Source of the DNA: an uncultured archaeon
Lineage (GTDB): Archaea > Iainarchaeota > Iainarchaeia > Iainarchaeales > CSSED10-239
Direction of reading: 5' to 3'
Assembly: GCA_964586355.1 (NCBI GenBank)
Contig: CAZPGO010000005.1
Span: 1 to 32,000 of the forward strand
Length of the DNA: 32,000 bases
Both the position numbers and the translations under genes were made by a program. Numbering within the stretch: the first letter of the stretch is position 1; every line of letters starts with the position of its first letter. Below, piece by piece: positions 17,801-24,478 of this stretch. The notes under the pieces were generated by a model. That model had not been told where the DNA came from. It saw only the letters and a list, made by a program, of their open reading frames with translations, and did not search any database.

Positions 17801-20800
17801 ACTATAGTTTACTTCCTTTTGAATCAGGAGAGTATAGTTTTGTAAGTGAGATCTTGGATTCTGATTTGAGTGAAGTAGAAAAAGAGGGTTCTAGTTATAT
17901 TCTATATATTGATGAAGAATATAGTTACAATACTAAATTCTTATATTTAAACCAAAACACAGTATCAGGAGATGTTGTTGTTTCTTCTCAAAACACTAAT
18001 GATAGTTTAGTTTATTTAAATTATTTGTTTTTAGAAAAAGGTAATAATTTAGAAACAGATAGCATAAATAACACAGAATTTACAATTCCAGAAAAAACAT
18101 TTACAATAGGACATTGGTTTGATCTAAATAGTTCTTTTGTTGCTAATAATTTTTTTAGCACAAATGATACTCCTGTTATAACAAGTAATATATTAGAGAT
18201 AACTGAGCCAAGTCCATTATTAGAAAATGTTAGAGCATATAGTCAAAGTGATTTTTTTATAGATGTTATTACAAAAGATTCTGAAAATAAGATCTATTTT
18301 GGAGAAAATGATGTTAATTTTAGTGTTAAAAGTAAATTAGGTAGTCCATTACCAAATATCAACATAAAATATTGTTTAAGAGATCTAGATTCTGAGTGTG
18401 TGGACCTAGGAGTTACAAATTCTCAAGGGCAGTTATTAAATAAAGAAGTCATTATACCTATTAATTTTATAGATCAAAACATCACTTTTAGATTTTTATT
18501 TGATAGTAGTTATGGTCTTCCAAACAATTTACATAAAATTAAGAAAAAAGTGTTTTCTGGTTATGGTGTTTATAATAAATGGGGAGAAGATTCCTTAGGT
18601 TCCCAGATAACTAATGAAAATAAACTTTTGTTTAATAATGCTATATTTATAGTAAATAACATAAAAGAAACTAGTAAAAAAGAAAAAGAATACTTTATAA
18701 AAAAAGACTCCAAAAACAGCGCAAATCTTGAGTCTGTTGAGTTTTTGCCGGATTCTGGTTATGGGAGTAATGATCTTAATCTTCTAAAAATAAATCAAGA
18801 TATTAATTCTGATAATTCTCCAACACCAATATCTCTTACCAAAAACCTAACTTTAATAGAGGCAAATGTTCTTTTAAATAAAAACATTTCTGAAGATAGA
18901 GAAGAAATTTTTGGGGCTTTTGAGAATCAAATACACTTAGGCAATTATTTAAATGACCCAATTATTTTTGCACTAAACACCCCAACAAAAATAAATGTGC
19001 AAAGAGTTGCTTTAGAGACAGAGTTAAATACTCAAGATGGATCTAATGGTTTTAATAAAAATACAAAAACCTTAGAACTAATTTCAGAAAAAGCAGAAGA
19101 AAAATCATTTGTTTATTCTATAAAAAATACATCTGCTGAAGAAATAAATATTTCTGATGTTGTTATGGATATATCTAATGATATTGAGGATAAAATAGAT
19201 TTAGAATATACTCTGTCAGTTTCAGATGGTGGTCAACAAGTAGACTTTAAAGAAAATAAAAAAGAATTTGTTCTTTATTTTGCTGATGATGATTATTCTG
19301 GGCAAACAACACCTTCTAATAATATTTGTTCAATACCTGTAGGTGAAACTGCCTATTTTACTTTTACTGCAGAGTTAGTGGAAGATGTTAGCTCTAAGAT
19401 AGAAGGAGAAATAAACATTTTATTTGAGATTTCTTCTTTCCAAGATATTTCTATAGGAACACATGAAATAGAAATAAATACAAATCTTTATAATAATCAA
19501 GAGGTTTTAGAAATTTCCTCAGTATCTTCTATGGTCCCTTTAGTTTGTAAAAGTAATGAAGAGTTTTGTAGTTCTAGTAAGTTATATGTTGTTGAAAATA
19601 AAACAAAAACATATGTCTTTACTTTAGAAGATATTAATTTAGTTAAAAATAGTGATAGTTACGATTATCTACAAACAGAAACAAATTTTAATATAGATCT
19701 TGAAATAAAAAATAGCTCTTCAACAATAAATCCAAATACTTCTAATGATTTGCTCTTAGAATTTAGTGCAAACTATTCAGAAATATCTAGTGTCTTTGAT
19801 ACTGATTTTGTGGGTGTTGTTGTTTTAGATGTTAATAGAGCTTTGGAGTTTAGTTATAAAGTAAGTAATACATTATTAGATAAGATCTCTAAAGAAATTA
19901 ATCTACATCTAAATATTTATGCAAAAACAATAGAAGATACTCTAAATGATTATGGGCTTACAAGTAATCTTTGTTTAGGTTCTGGTAATAGTATTTCTGA
20001 AAATGATATTTTTATTATAGCAAATTGTCAACAAGCAAGTGATTGTAGATCTGGAGAAGAAAATGTCCCAAGAATTAACTATTATTGGGGACAATCAAGT
20101 TTACAAGCACCAATTCAGAATTGGGAAACTGAATGTGTTGATTCTGAGTTTGATTATAATTTATCAAAGACACATTGTGATTCTACTCAGATGTTTATAA
20201 GTTTATTGCATTTAATTAAAAATGATCAAATATTATCAGAAATAAAAAATGAAACAAATAATTACTATGTTTATTTAATGGCTGATGGTTTATCTTCAGA
20301 CTTTTTAAAAGATTTTTTAAGATTTGATGCAGTATATACAACAAACTTTATAGATGGTGTCGTTTCTAGTGAAGTTACTTTCTTTACCGATCAAAATATT
20401 GATACTGGTCAATTAACAATTATCAAAAAAAATGCTAATGGGGAATCAACAAATAAACCTGGAAAATATAAGATTTCAATTAATTCTGATTTTAGTAGAG
20501 AGTATAATTCTCCATTACATATAACCTTAACACAGGTTCAAGAACTACCATATGTCTTAAATAATTTTTTGTATTATTTACCAATAAATGGAAATATGGG
20601 TCTTATTGAAAATACTCAAAAAGTGCATAGAGAGGATTATGGAGTAACTATTGATTATTTAAATAATACTGATCATTTAATTCCAGTAACTGGAGCTGGG
20701 CAAGATATTATCTATCTATATGATAGAAATGATTCCCAAACAGAAGGGTTTATGTCTTTATATGCAAGTAATTATTCTGATATTGAGAGTAAAAGAGATG

Positions 20801-21522
20801 TTGAGTATGCTTTGAAATCAAATAAAAAACTATTAGAAATTAATCTTTTAGAAATTGATGATGAGGGTAAGTTTACTGCTGAGATAAAATATAGTCCAAC
20901 ATATCCAATTCCTTTGTTTGCTTTAGTGTCTAATCCTTTATCTTCGGATTTTTCATACTATGTTACAGAATCAATAAGCAATCCTATTCCAAAAGATCTT
21001 AAAGCAAATCCGTTTATTACTTGGATAGATTATTTAGACGATTCTAAGGTTTTAGAAGATAACAGAATTATTGGACAAACAGGAAATTATTTAAACTCAG
21101 TTGTTTTAAGTAATGATTTTTCTGAAATTTATAATACTGATAGATATAAATTATTAAAAACCATATTATATTTGCCACAACCACAAGCAAACAGCACACC
21201 ATATACAGTTACAAATTATCATTTAATTACAGAAAGCAATTCTTTAATTAACTCAATGAACACAAAGATTGCAACAATTGGTGATGATAGTTATATTTTA
21301 TCAAAAAGCCCAGGGCTAGTTCCTGCAAATAATATTGATATAAAAAAGATTTCTGATCTCTTCTTTGCAGTAAAAAATAATACTGTCTGTATTTATAGTG
21401 ATCCTGTAACCACACAAATTAGATGGAAAGAAAATAATGTTATGTTCCCTTCAGATCAAGAAGCTGATCTGATTAACTATTATAGTAGTTTATTAGAAAA
21501 TACTAATGAGAGCGTTCAGTGA
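14866..21522 (+). CDS. Giant bitopic surface protein (2218 aa): ~158-aa N-terminal cytoplasmic region with a Lys/Glu/Ser-rich tract, one TM helix, beta-sandwich repeats, shortened version of the conserved C-terminal module
   Basis: A 6.6-kb uninterrupted ORF whose ATG lies 20 nt after the upstream stop. The TM helix FPSFILFILFLVGLIFLIWYLV is at ~15340-15405. It is collinear with the 2484-aa protein (ITVEQPANCG vs ITVEVPANCG; IEYLGLFD vs IDYLGVYD; NDDYLYIQSV vs NDDFVFIRSV). Module motifs are VPRINYYW 20065-20088, HCDSTQ 20173-20190, YYVYLMADG from 20263, and YYLPINGNMG. The stop is TGA at 21520-21522. Confidence 0.9.
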   Translation: MNNQELDKIYNVLKTKTKSFTEKDLREVILDDGYSLEDANLLINKLKQNNFVFKDDLDKNQTKGTDKKKEAEKLLKEIGKDLKKEEKTDSNKGKSKDLKDSQKDSKEKPKKPKVNLFKKLVVFLKSIYFFFEDKYYDLMDAINKVIPVNKLIDKIDKKFPSFILFILFLVGLIFLIWYLVTTGSISAIFSGASQGTITVSVVDITGSAITGANVLLTANDENIDALNTDAWGEVIFKDLKINKRHTIKLTVSKEAYDTKTKEITFDKKQMFEKITLDIDTSEITNIVSPEQEREISFFSDNVAVIGKNLDVRLFCSAQNKEPSPKQQIVITGKITVEQPANCGDLRIEVYSQDYETITNMIVPESNRISLSKKNQNYGTLEVTVKGSSGSAIPDAVVKIFKANDPTTILDESAIAVSTLATDFYGKAIFRLSPGNYKLSVDKSGYITIPKSRVYSVTLNNTTTASYNLFSVNELNDIDCSNPIYAEFCTVSGDLNCEYDLLTPYLIMNPDGSCLIGTLGYIDVTLKDQNTLESINGDISLWKKDLDTNTFSLVATRSDVNKTLFNVLTDNTYQLRVSNTEQYGYLPPNPEIITTLDTNKIIYLEYQSWVNSGDVNVNVKYSGINVDGASVYLFYGSGENEDTPYPTDPKVTNSRGDVSFRGIRSGQKYYAMSILSYENIQGESQRRTLDANETINLNINLQNQSRILNLKVNTPDYGISFYDFSGEKLTEYITNEVNGSDLNKEYIFNSNDQEIYAVISALGYSTYQTEQIILVPGDTVYKNVVLTPPESTPYSEIEYLGLFDQTGTREISYIDFVGNNNLEKEYQLKYKINLSPKQERDFSYAFVRLGNNLLVNDDYLYIQSVFAPDSEKQFGCRFSGELEDWNMTHYINNYETDQSLNNCPSGKSKWVKIDFTESLADTIVFTVNFKFQNGITNISNYKQYYRALTNNDREYDFSPDLTNWQTWSVKPEGFFYAESDYSLLPFESGEYSFVSEILDSDLSEVEKEGSSYILYIDEEYSYNTKFLYLNQNTVSGDVVVSSQNTNDSLVYLNYLFLEKGNNLETDSINNTEFTIPEKTFTIGHWFDLNSSFVANNFFSTNDTPVITSNILEITEPSPLLENVRAYSQSDFFIDVITKDSENKIYFGENDVNFSVKSKLGSPLPNINIKYCLRDLDSECVDLGVTNSQGQLLNKEVIIPINFIDQNITFRFLFDSSYGLPNNLHKIKKKVFSGYGVYNKWGEDSLGSQITNENKLLFNNAIFIVNNIKETSKKEKEYFIKKDSKNSANLESVEFLPDSGYGSNDLNLLKINQDINSDNSPTPISLTKNLTLIEANVLLNKNISEDREEIFGAFENQIHLGNYLNDPIIFALNTPTKINVQRVALETELNTQDGSNGFNKNTKTLELISEKAEEKSFVYSIKNTSAEEINISDVVMDISNDIEDKIDLEYTLSVSDGGQQVDFKENKKEFVLYFADDDYSGQTTPSNNICSIPVGETAYFTFTAELVEDVSSKIEGEINILFEISSFQDISIGTHEIEINTNLYNNQEVLEISSVSSMVPLVCKSNEEFCSSSKLYVVENKTKTYVFTLEDINLVKNSDSYDYLQTETNFNIDLEIKNSSSTINPNTSNDLLLEFSANYSEISSVFDTDFVGVVVLDVNRALEFSYKVSNTLLDKISKEINLHLNIYAKTIEDTLNDYGLTSNLCLGSGNSISENDIFIIANCQQASDCRSGEENVPRINYYWGQSSLQAPIQNWETECVDSEFDYNLSKTHCDSTQMFISLLHLIKNDQILSEIKNETNNYYVYLMADGLSSDFLKDFLRFDAVYTTNFIDGVVSSEVTFFTDQNIDTGQLTIIKKNANGESTNKPGKYKISINSDFSREYNSPLHITLTQVQELPYVLNNFLYYLPINGNMGLIENTQKVHREDYGVTIDYLNNTDHLIPVTGAGQDIIYLYDRNDSQTEGFMSLYASNYSDIESKRDVEYALKSNKKLLEINLLEIDDEGKFTAEIKYSPTYPIPLFALVSNPLSSDFSYYVTESISNPIPKDLKANPFITWIDYLDDSKVLEDNRIIGQTGNYLNSVVLSNDFSEIYNTDRYKLLKTILYLPQPQANSTPYTVTNYHLITESNSLINSMNTKIATIGDDSYILSKSPGLVPANNIDIKKISDLFFAVKNNTVCIYSDPVTTQIRWKENNVMFPSDQEADLINYYSSLLENTNESVQ

Positions 21523-21528
21523 ATTATT

Positions 21529-21888
21529 ATGGATTTAATTATTTTAAATTTTTTTACAGATTTTAGTTTTATTTTAAAAATTTTCTTTTTATTATTTATA
21601 ATTACATTTGTAAGAACAAGAATCACTCATAATTTTTTAGCACTTTCAATAATAACTATTTTAGCAATATTTTTGATATTTTTCTATTGGCCAGTCTTTG
21701 GAACAGCATATTTGTTTTATATATTATTAACAATTGGTGTCTCTGGTGTTTTAGTAGATATCTTCTTTGTAACTATGAATCATGGTCCCAAAGATATGTT
21801 AGATAAGATGCCTGGAAAAAAACAAGCAGAGATGCAACAACAAAAAATGCAACAACAACAAAAACAACAACAAATGAGAAATAGATAA
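21529..21888 (+). CDS. Small polytopic membrane protein (119 aa, ~3 TM) with a Gln/Lys-rich C-terminal tail
   Basis: ATG lies 6 nt after the giant ORF's stop. There are three long hydrophobic stretches. The tail KKQAEMQQQKMQQQQKQQQMRNR is encoded by CAA-rich sequence (~21817-21885). No family could be assigned. Confidence 0.65.
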   Translation: MDLIILNFFTDFSFILKIFFLLFIITFVRTRITHNFLALSIITILAIFLIFFYWPVFGTAYLFYILLTIGVSGVLVDIFFVTMNHGPKDMLDKMPGKKQAEMQQQKMQQQQKQQQMRNR

Positions 21889-21891
21889 TTT

Positions 21892-22233
21892 ATGATTTCA
21901 AATAAAGGTTTTTTAGGTAATTTTGGTTTAATTGCAAAAATTTTATTTGTATTTGTAGTTGTAATTTTGATTGTTCCTGTAGTTATATATTATTTTCCTA
22001 TTGCAAAATATATAATAATGATAATAATTGCTTTCTTTATTTTTGAAATTGTTGCAAGAGCTCTTGGAAATAATATTTTAACCTATATTGTTACTGGAGT
22101 CTTATTATTTTTCTTAATTTATAAATATTTTTATCTAACTACAAGTGTATTTTTATTATATTTATTATTAAGTGTGGGATTTACTTCAGTTGTTATTTGG
22201 GGGACTACAAATCTTTGGAAAGGAAAAAAATAA
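21892..22233 (+). CDS. Small polytopic membrane protein (113 aa, ~4 TM)
   Basis: ATG lies 3 nt after the upstream stop, so the two are tightly coupled. The protein is almost entirely hydrophobic helices and ends in WKGKK. No family could be assigned. Confidence 0.65.
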   Translation: MISNKGFLGNFGLIAKILFVFVVVILIVPVVIYYFPIAKYIIMIIIAFFIFEIVARALGNNILTYIVTGVLLFFLIYKYFYLTTSVFLLYLLLSVGFTSVVIWGTTNLWKGKK

Positions 22234-22237
22234 CTCA

Positions 22238-22311
22238 GGATCTATGGTGTAGCCTGGATAGCATACAAGCTTGCGGAGCTTGCGACTTGGGTTCAAATCC
22301 CAATGGATCCA
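22238..22311 (+). tRNA. tRNA-Arg, anticodon GCG, no intron, CCA not encoded
   Basis: Hand-folded cloverleaf. Acceptor GGATCTA/TGGATCC with one G-U pair and discriminator A. D-loop AGCCTGGATA. Anticodon stem CAAGC/GCTTG with loop TT-GCG-GA. T-arm TTGGG-TTCAAAT-CCCAA. Confidence 0.85.
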
Positions 22312-22332
22312 AATATTAAAATTTAGATAAAC

Positions 22333-22566
22333 ATGCATTGGAAAAAAAAAACATTTGTTTTAATTATAGCATTTTTAATTTTTTTCGTGGTAAGAGAATG
22401 GACCTATTGCCAAGGAATGTGTTGGTCTAGTCAAAGATTTAATTCAAATGTGATATTTTGGTTAATAGTTATCTTTACAGCCATATTTTTATATTATTCC
22501 CTTACTTTGTGGACTGGTTATAAGCAAAAATATATTGAGAAAAAAAAGGAATCTGAGAAAAAATAA
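22333..22566 (+). CDS. Small hypothetical membrane protein (77 aa, 2 predicted TM)
   Basis: It has an ATG start, two hydrophobic helices and a Lys/Glu-rich tail. Support comes only from ORF length in an AT-rich context and plausible membrane topology. Confidence 0.45.
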   Translation: MHWKKKTFVLIIAFLIFFVVREWTYCQGMCWSSQRFNSNVIFWLIVIFTAIFLYYSLTLWTGYKQKYIEKKKESEKK

Positions 22567-22580
22567 TTTCTAGATTTTTC

Positions 22581-22622
22581 CTAAAAAACCCTTATTTTAT
22601 GGTCATTTAGGGGGTGTTTTAG
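22581..22622. repeat. Imperfect inverted repeat/hairpin (11-nt arms, 10/11 paired, 20-nt loop) downstream of the 77-aa ORF
   Basis: CTAAAAAACCC (22581-22591) pairs with GGGTGTTTTAG (22612-22622) with one mismatch. It could be a terminator or RNA element, or a chance match. Confidence 0.3.
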
Positions 22623-22707
22623 AGATACATTTAAAAACATTTATCTTTACTAATTTAATATTTTCCTAGTGTGAAATAATTTAAAAAAATAACGGGGGTT
22701 AAAAAAT

Positions 22708-22977
22708 ATGAATAAACAAACACTATTAGAAGAAATGGCTAAAAAGTCAGACCTATCAAAATCAAAACTAGAAGAAACATTGAACTTAACACTTGCTTCA
22801 ATGAAATCAGTTATTAAAAAGCATAAAGCATTACAATTAGTTGGTTTTGGTACCTTTAAAGTAAAAACAAGAGCTGCTAGAATGGGTGTAAATCCACAAA
22901 CTGGTGCTAAGTTAAAAATAAAAGCTAGTAAGACTTGTACATTCAAAGTTGGTAAAGCTTTTAAAGATACATTATAG
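22708..22977 (+). CDS. hup: HU/IHF-family (bacterial-type, DNABII) DNA-binding protein, 89 aa
   Basis: MNKQTLLEEMAKKSDLSKSKLEETLN...LQLVGFGTFKVKTRAARMGVNPQTGAKLKIKASKTCTFKVGKAFKD shows the canonical HU signature (GFG.F.V..R.AR.GRNP.TGE.I.I......F..GK.LK). GGGGG lies about 9 nt upstream of the ATG. Confidence 0.9.
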   Translation: MNKQTLLEEMAKKSDLSKSKLEETLNLTLASMKSVIKKHKALQLVGFGTFKVKTRAARMGVNPQTGAKLKIKASKTCTFKVGKAFKDTL

Positions 22978-22980
22978 ATG

Positions 22981-23009
22981 TTTTCTTTTTTTTTATTTTT
23001 TTTTATTTT
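22981..23009 (+). terminator. T-rich tract (oligo-T terminator candidate) after the HU gene
   Basis: ttttcttttttttta ttttttttta tttt begins 4 nt after the TAG stop. Oligo-T runs are the usual archaeal termination signal, but the genome is AT-rich. Confidence 0.4.
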
Positions 23010-23046
23010 AAAACCTATTTTTAATTATTTCTATTACTTAAATAAT

Positions 23047-23166
23047 ATATTGTTGTTACTTAAACAGCATATTGTTATTACTTAAACAGCATATTGTTGT
23101 TACTTAAACAGCATATTGTTGTTACTTAAACAGCATATTGTTGTTACTTAAACAGCATATTGTTAT
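23047..23166. repeat. Intergenic tandem repeat: 22-bp unit TACTTAAACAGCATATTGTTGT, 5 full copies plus a leading partial copy
   Basis: Full copies are at 23057-23078, 23079-23100, 23101-23122, 23123-23144 and 23145-23166. Copies 1 and 5 end in TTAT instead of TTGT. A partial ATATTGTTGT is at 23047-23056. The array ends 17 nt before the hisS ATG. Confidence 0.95.
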
Positions 23167-23182
23167 TAGGAGAATAATAGAA

Positions 23183-24478
23183 ATGTCAAAAATAATATTA
23201 GAAGTTCCAAAAGGAACAAGAGATATTTTACCAAAAGAAAAAATATCTAGAGATAATTGTATATCAAAAATTAAAAAAGTTTTTGAAGTATATGGTTTTT
23301 CTCCTATAGAGACTCCAACTTTTGAAAAACTAGAAATTCTGGAAAACAAGTCTGGTGCTGGAGAAAATTCTGATGCTATTTCTGAGATCTATAGATTTAA
23401 AGATCAAGGAAATAGAGCACTTGGACTTAGATTTGAATTCACATTTGCACTTGCACGAATTGTTGGACAGAATCCTCAACTTAAAATGCCATTTAAAAGA
23501 TACCAAATAGGCCCTGTTTTTAGAGATGGGCCTATAAAGGCAGGAAGATATAGAGAATTTTATCAATGTGATGTTGATATTGTTGGTGTTTCTTCAGTTA
23601 TTGCTGATGCTGAGTTATTATCTTTAGCTAAATCTGTTTTTAAGTCTCTGAATTTAGAGGTAGTAATTGAGTTAAATTCTAGAAAACTATTAACAGATAT
23701 TCTTAATTATTGTAATATTGATAAAGATCAAGCAAAGCAAGTAATAATTTCAATAGATAAGTTAAAAAAGATTGGAATTAATGAAGTAAAAAAAGAACTA
23801 TTAGGCAAAGAGATTTCAAAAGAAGCAATTGATAAGTTAATGTTTTTATTAAAAGATCTAGAAAAAGGAAGTAATAAAGAGAAGATAAAATATTTAGAGG
23901 AAAGGATAGGTAATAGTGAAGGCTTACAAGAGATAAAAGAATTGTTTAAATATTTATCTTTATTTAAGGTAGAGTTTATCTTTTCTCCAACACTTGCAAG
24001 AGGGTTAGGATATTATACAGGTCCTATTTTTGAAATATTTTTAAAAGACCCCTCAATAATCTCAGGATCTATTGCTGGTGGCGGTAGATGGGATAACCTG
24101 ATTGGTAAGTATATTGGTAATGAAAATTTAAAACAATCTGCAACAGGAATATCTTTTGGTATTGAACCAATTATGGATATTATTTTAAAAAAAGAAAATA
24201 TAACTAGACAAAGTGTTTGTGATCTATTAATAATTCCAATTAATACCTTAGAAAAATCTATAGAAATTACTCAATATTTAAGAGATAAAGGAATAAAGAC
24301 CATAGTGGATCTACAATCAAAATCAATTTCCAAAAATCTAGAGTATGCTAGTAAGTTAGGTATACCTTTTGTTGGTTTTATTGGAGAAGATGAGTTAAAG
24401 CAAAAAAAAATAAAAATAAGAGATCTACAAACTGGTAAAGAAGAATTAATTAATATAGATGAAATTAATCTTTTATAA
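23183..24478 (+). CDS. hisS: Histidyl-tRNA synthetase (class II)
   Basis: MSKIILEVPKGTRDILPKE is a typical HisRS N-terminus, with FRDGPIKAGRYREFYQCD and GGGRWDNL motifs and a C-terminal anticodon-binding domain. I place the start at ATG 23183, with AGGAG at 23168-23172. The ORF-track start at 23138 is a TTG inside the tandem repeat. Confidence 0.9.
   Translation: MSKIILEVPKGTRDILPKEKISRDNCISKIKKVFEVYGFSPIETPTFEKLEILENKSGAGENSDAISEIYRFKDQGNRALGLRFEFTFALARIVGQNPQLKMPFKRYQIGPVFRDGPIKAGRYREFYQCDVDIVGVSSVIADAELLSLAKSVFKSLNLEVVIELNSRKLLTDILNYCNIDKDQAKQVIISIDKLKKIGINEVKKELLGKEISKEAIDKLMFLLKDLEKGSNKEKIKYLEERIGNSEGLQEIKELFKYLSLFKVEFIFSPTLARGLGYYTGPIFEIFLKDPSIISGSIAGGGRWDNLIGKYIGNENLKQSATGISFGIEPIMDIILKKENITRQSVCDLLIIPINTLEKSIEITQYLRDKGIKTIVDLQSKSISKNLEYASKLGIPFVGFIGEDELKQKKIKIRDLQTGKEELINIDEINLL

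Noticed and set aside
295-21522. A diversity-generating retroelement (DGR) targeting the surface proteins, as reported for some DPANN lineages.
   Set aside because: There is no reverse transcriptase ORF. No intergenic space is large enough or similar enough to act as a template repeat. I saw no near-identical ~100-bp pair with A-specific mismatches at the 3' ends of the large genes. A dot-plot against the whole contig would still be worthwhile.
295-22311. The idea that the giant-protein cluster is a genomic island integrated at the adjacent tRNA-Arg.
   Set aside because: The window contains no integrase, transposase or phage genes. I could not find a direct repeat of the tRNA 3' half (…GGGTTCAAATCCCAATGGATCC) anywhere else in it. 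Composition looks the same as in the housekeeping half. The left boundary lies outside the window, so this cannot be tested further here.
22342-22351. A(10) homopolymer tracts at the 5' ends of the 77-aa ORF (22342-22351) and alaS (24791-24800), considered as phase-variation switches.
   Set aside because: Poly-A runs encoding Lys-Lys-Lys are common throughout this AT-rich sequence, including in essential genes. Nothing suggests regulated slippage.
22650-22946. A 98-aa minus-strand ORF overlapping the HU gene.
   Set aside because: The + strand product is an unmistakable HU-family protein. The antisense ORF has no recognisable features.
23047-23166. The tandem repeat read as a CRISPR array or as a T-box/riboswitch leader of hisS.
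   Set aside because: The repeats are directly adjacent with no spacers, so this is not a CRISPR array. There is no specifier-loop or terminator-antiterminator architecture, and T-boxes are a bacterial (mainly Firmicutes) device.
23138-23182. The ORF-track start of hisS at 23138 (MLLLKQHIVIRRIIE...).
   Set aside because: Position 23138 is a TTG inside the 22-bp tandem repeat. The conserved HisRS N-terminus begins at ATG 23183, which has an AGGAG 10 nt upstream.
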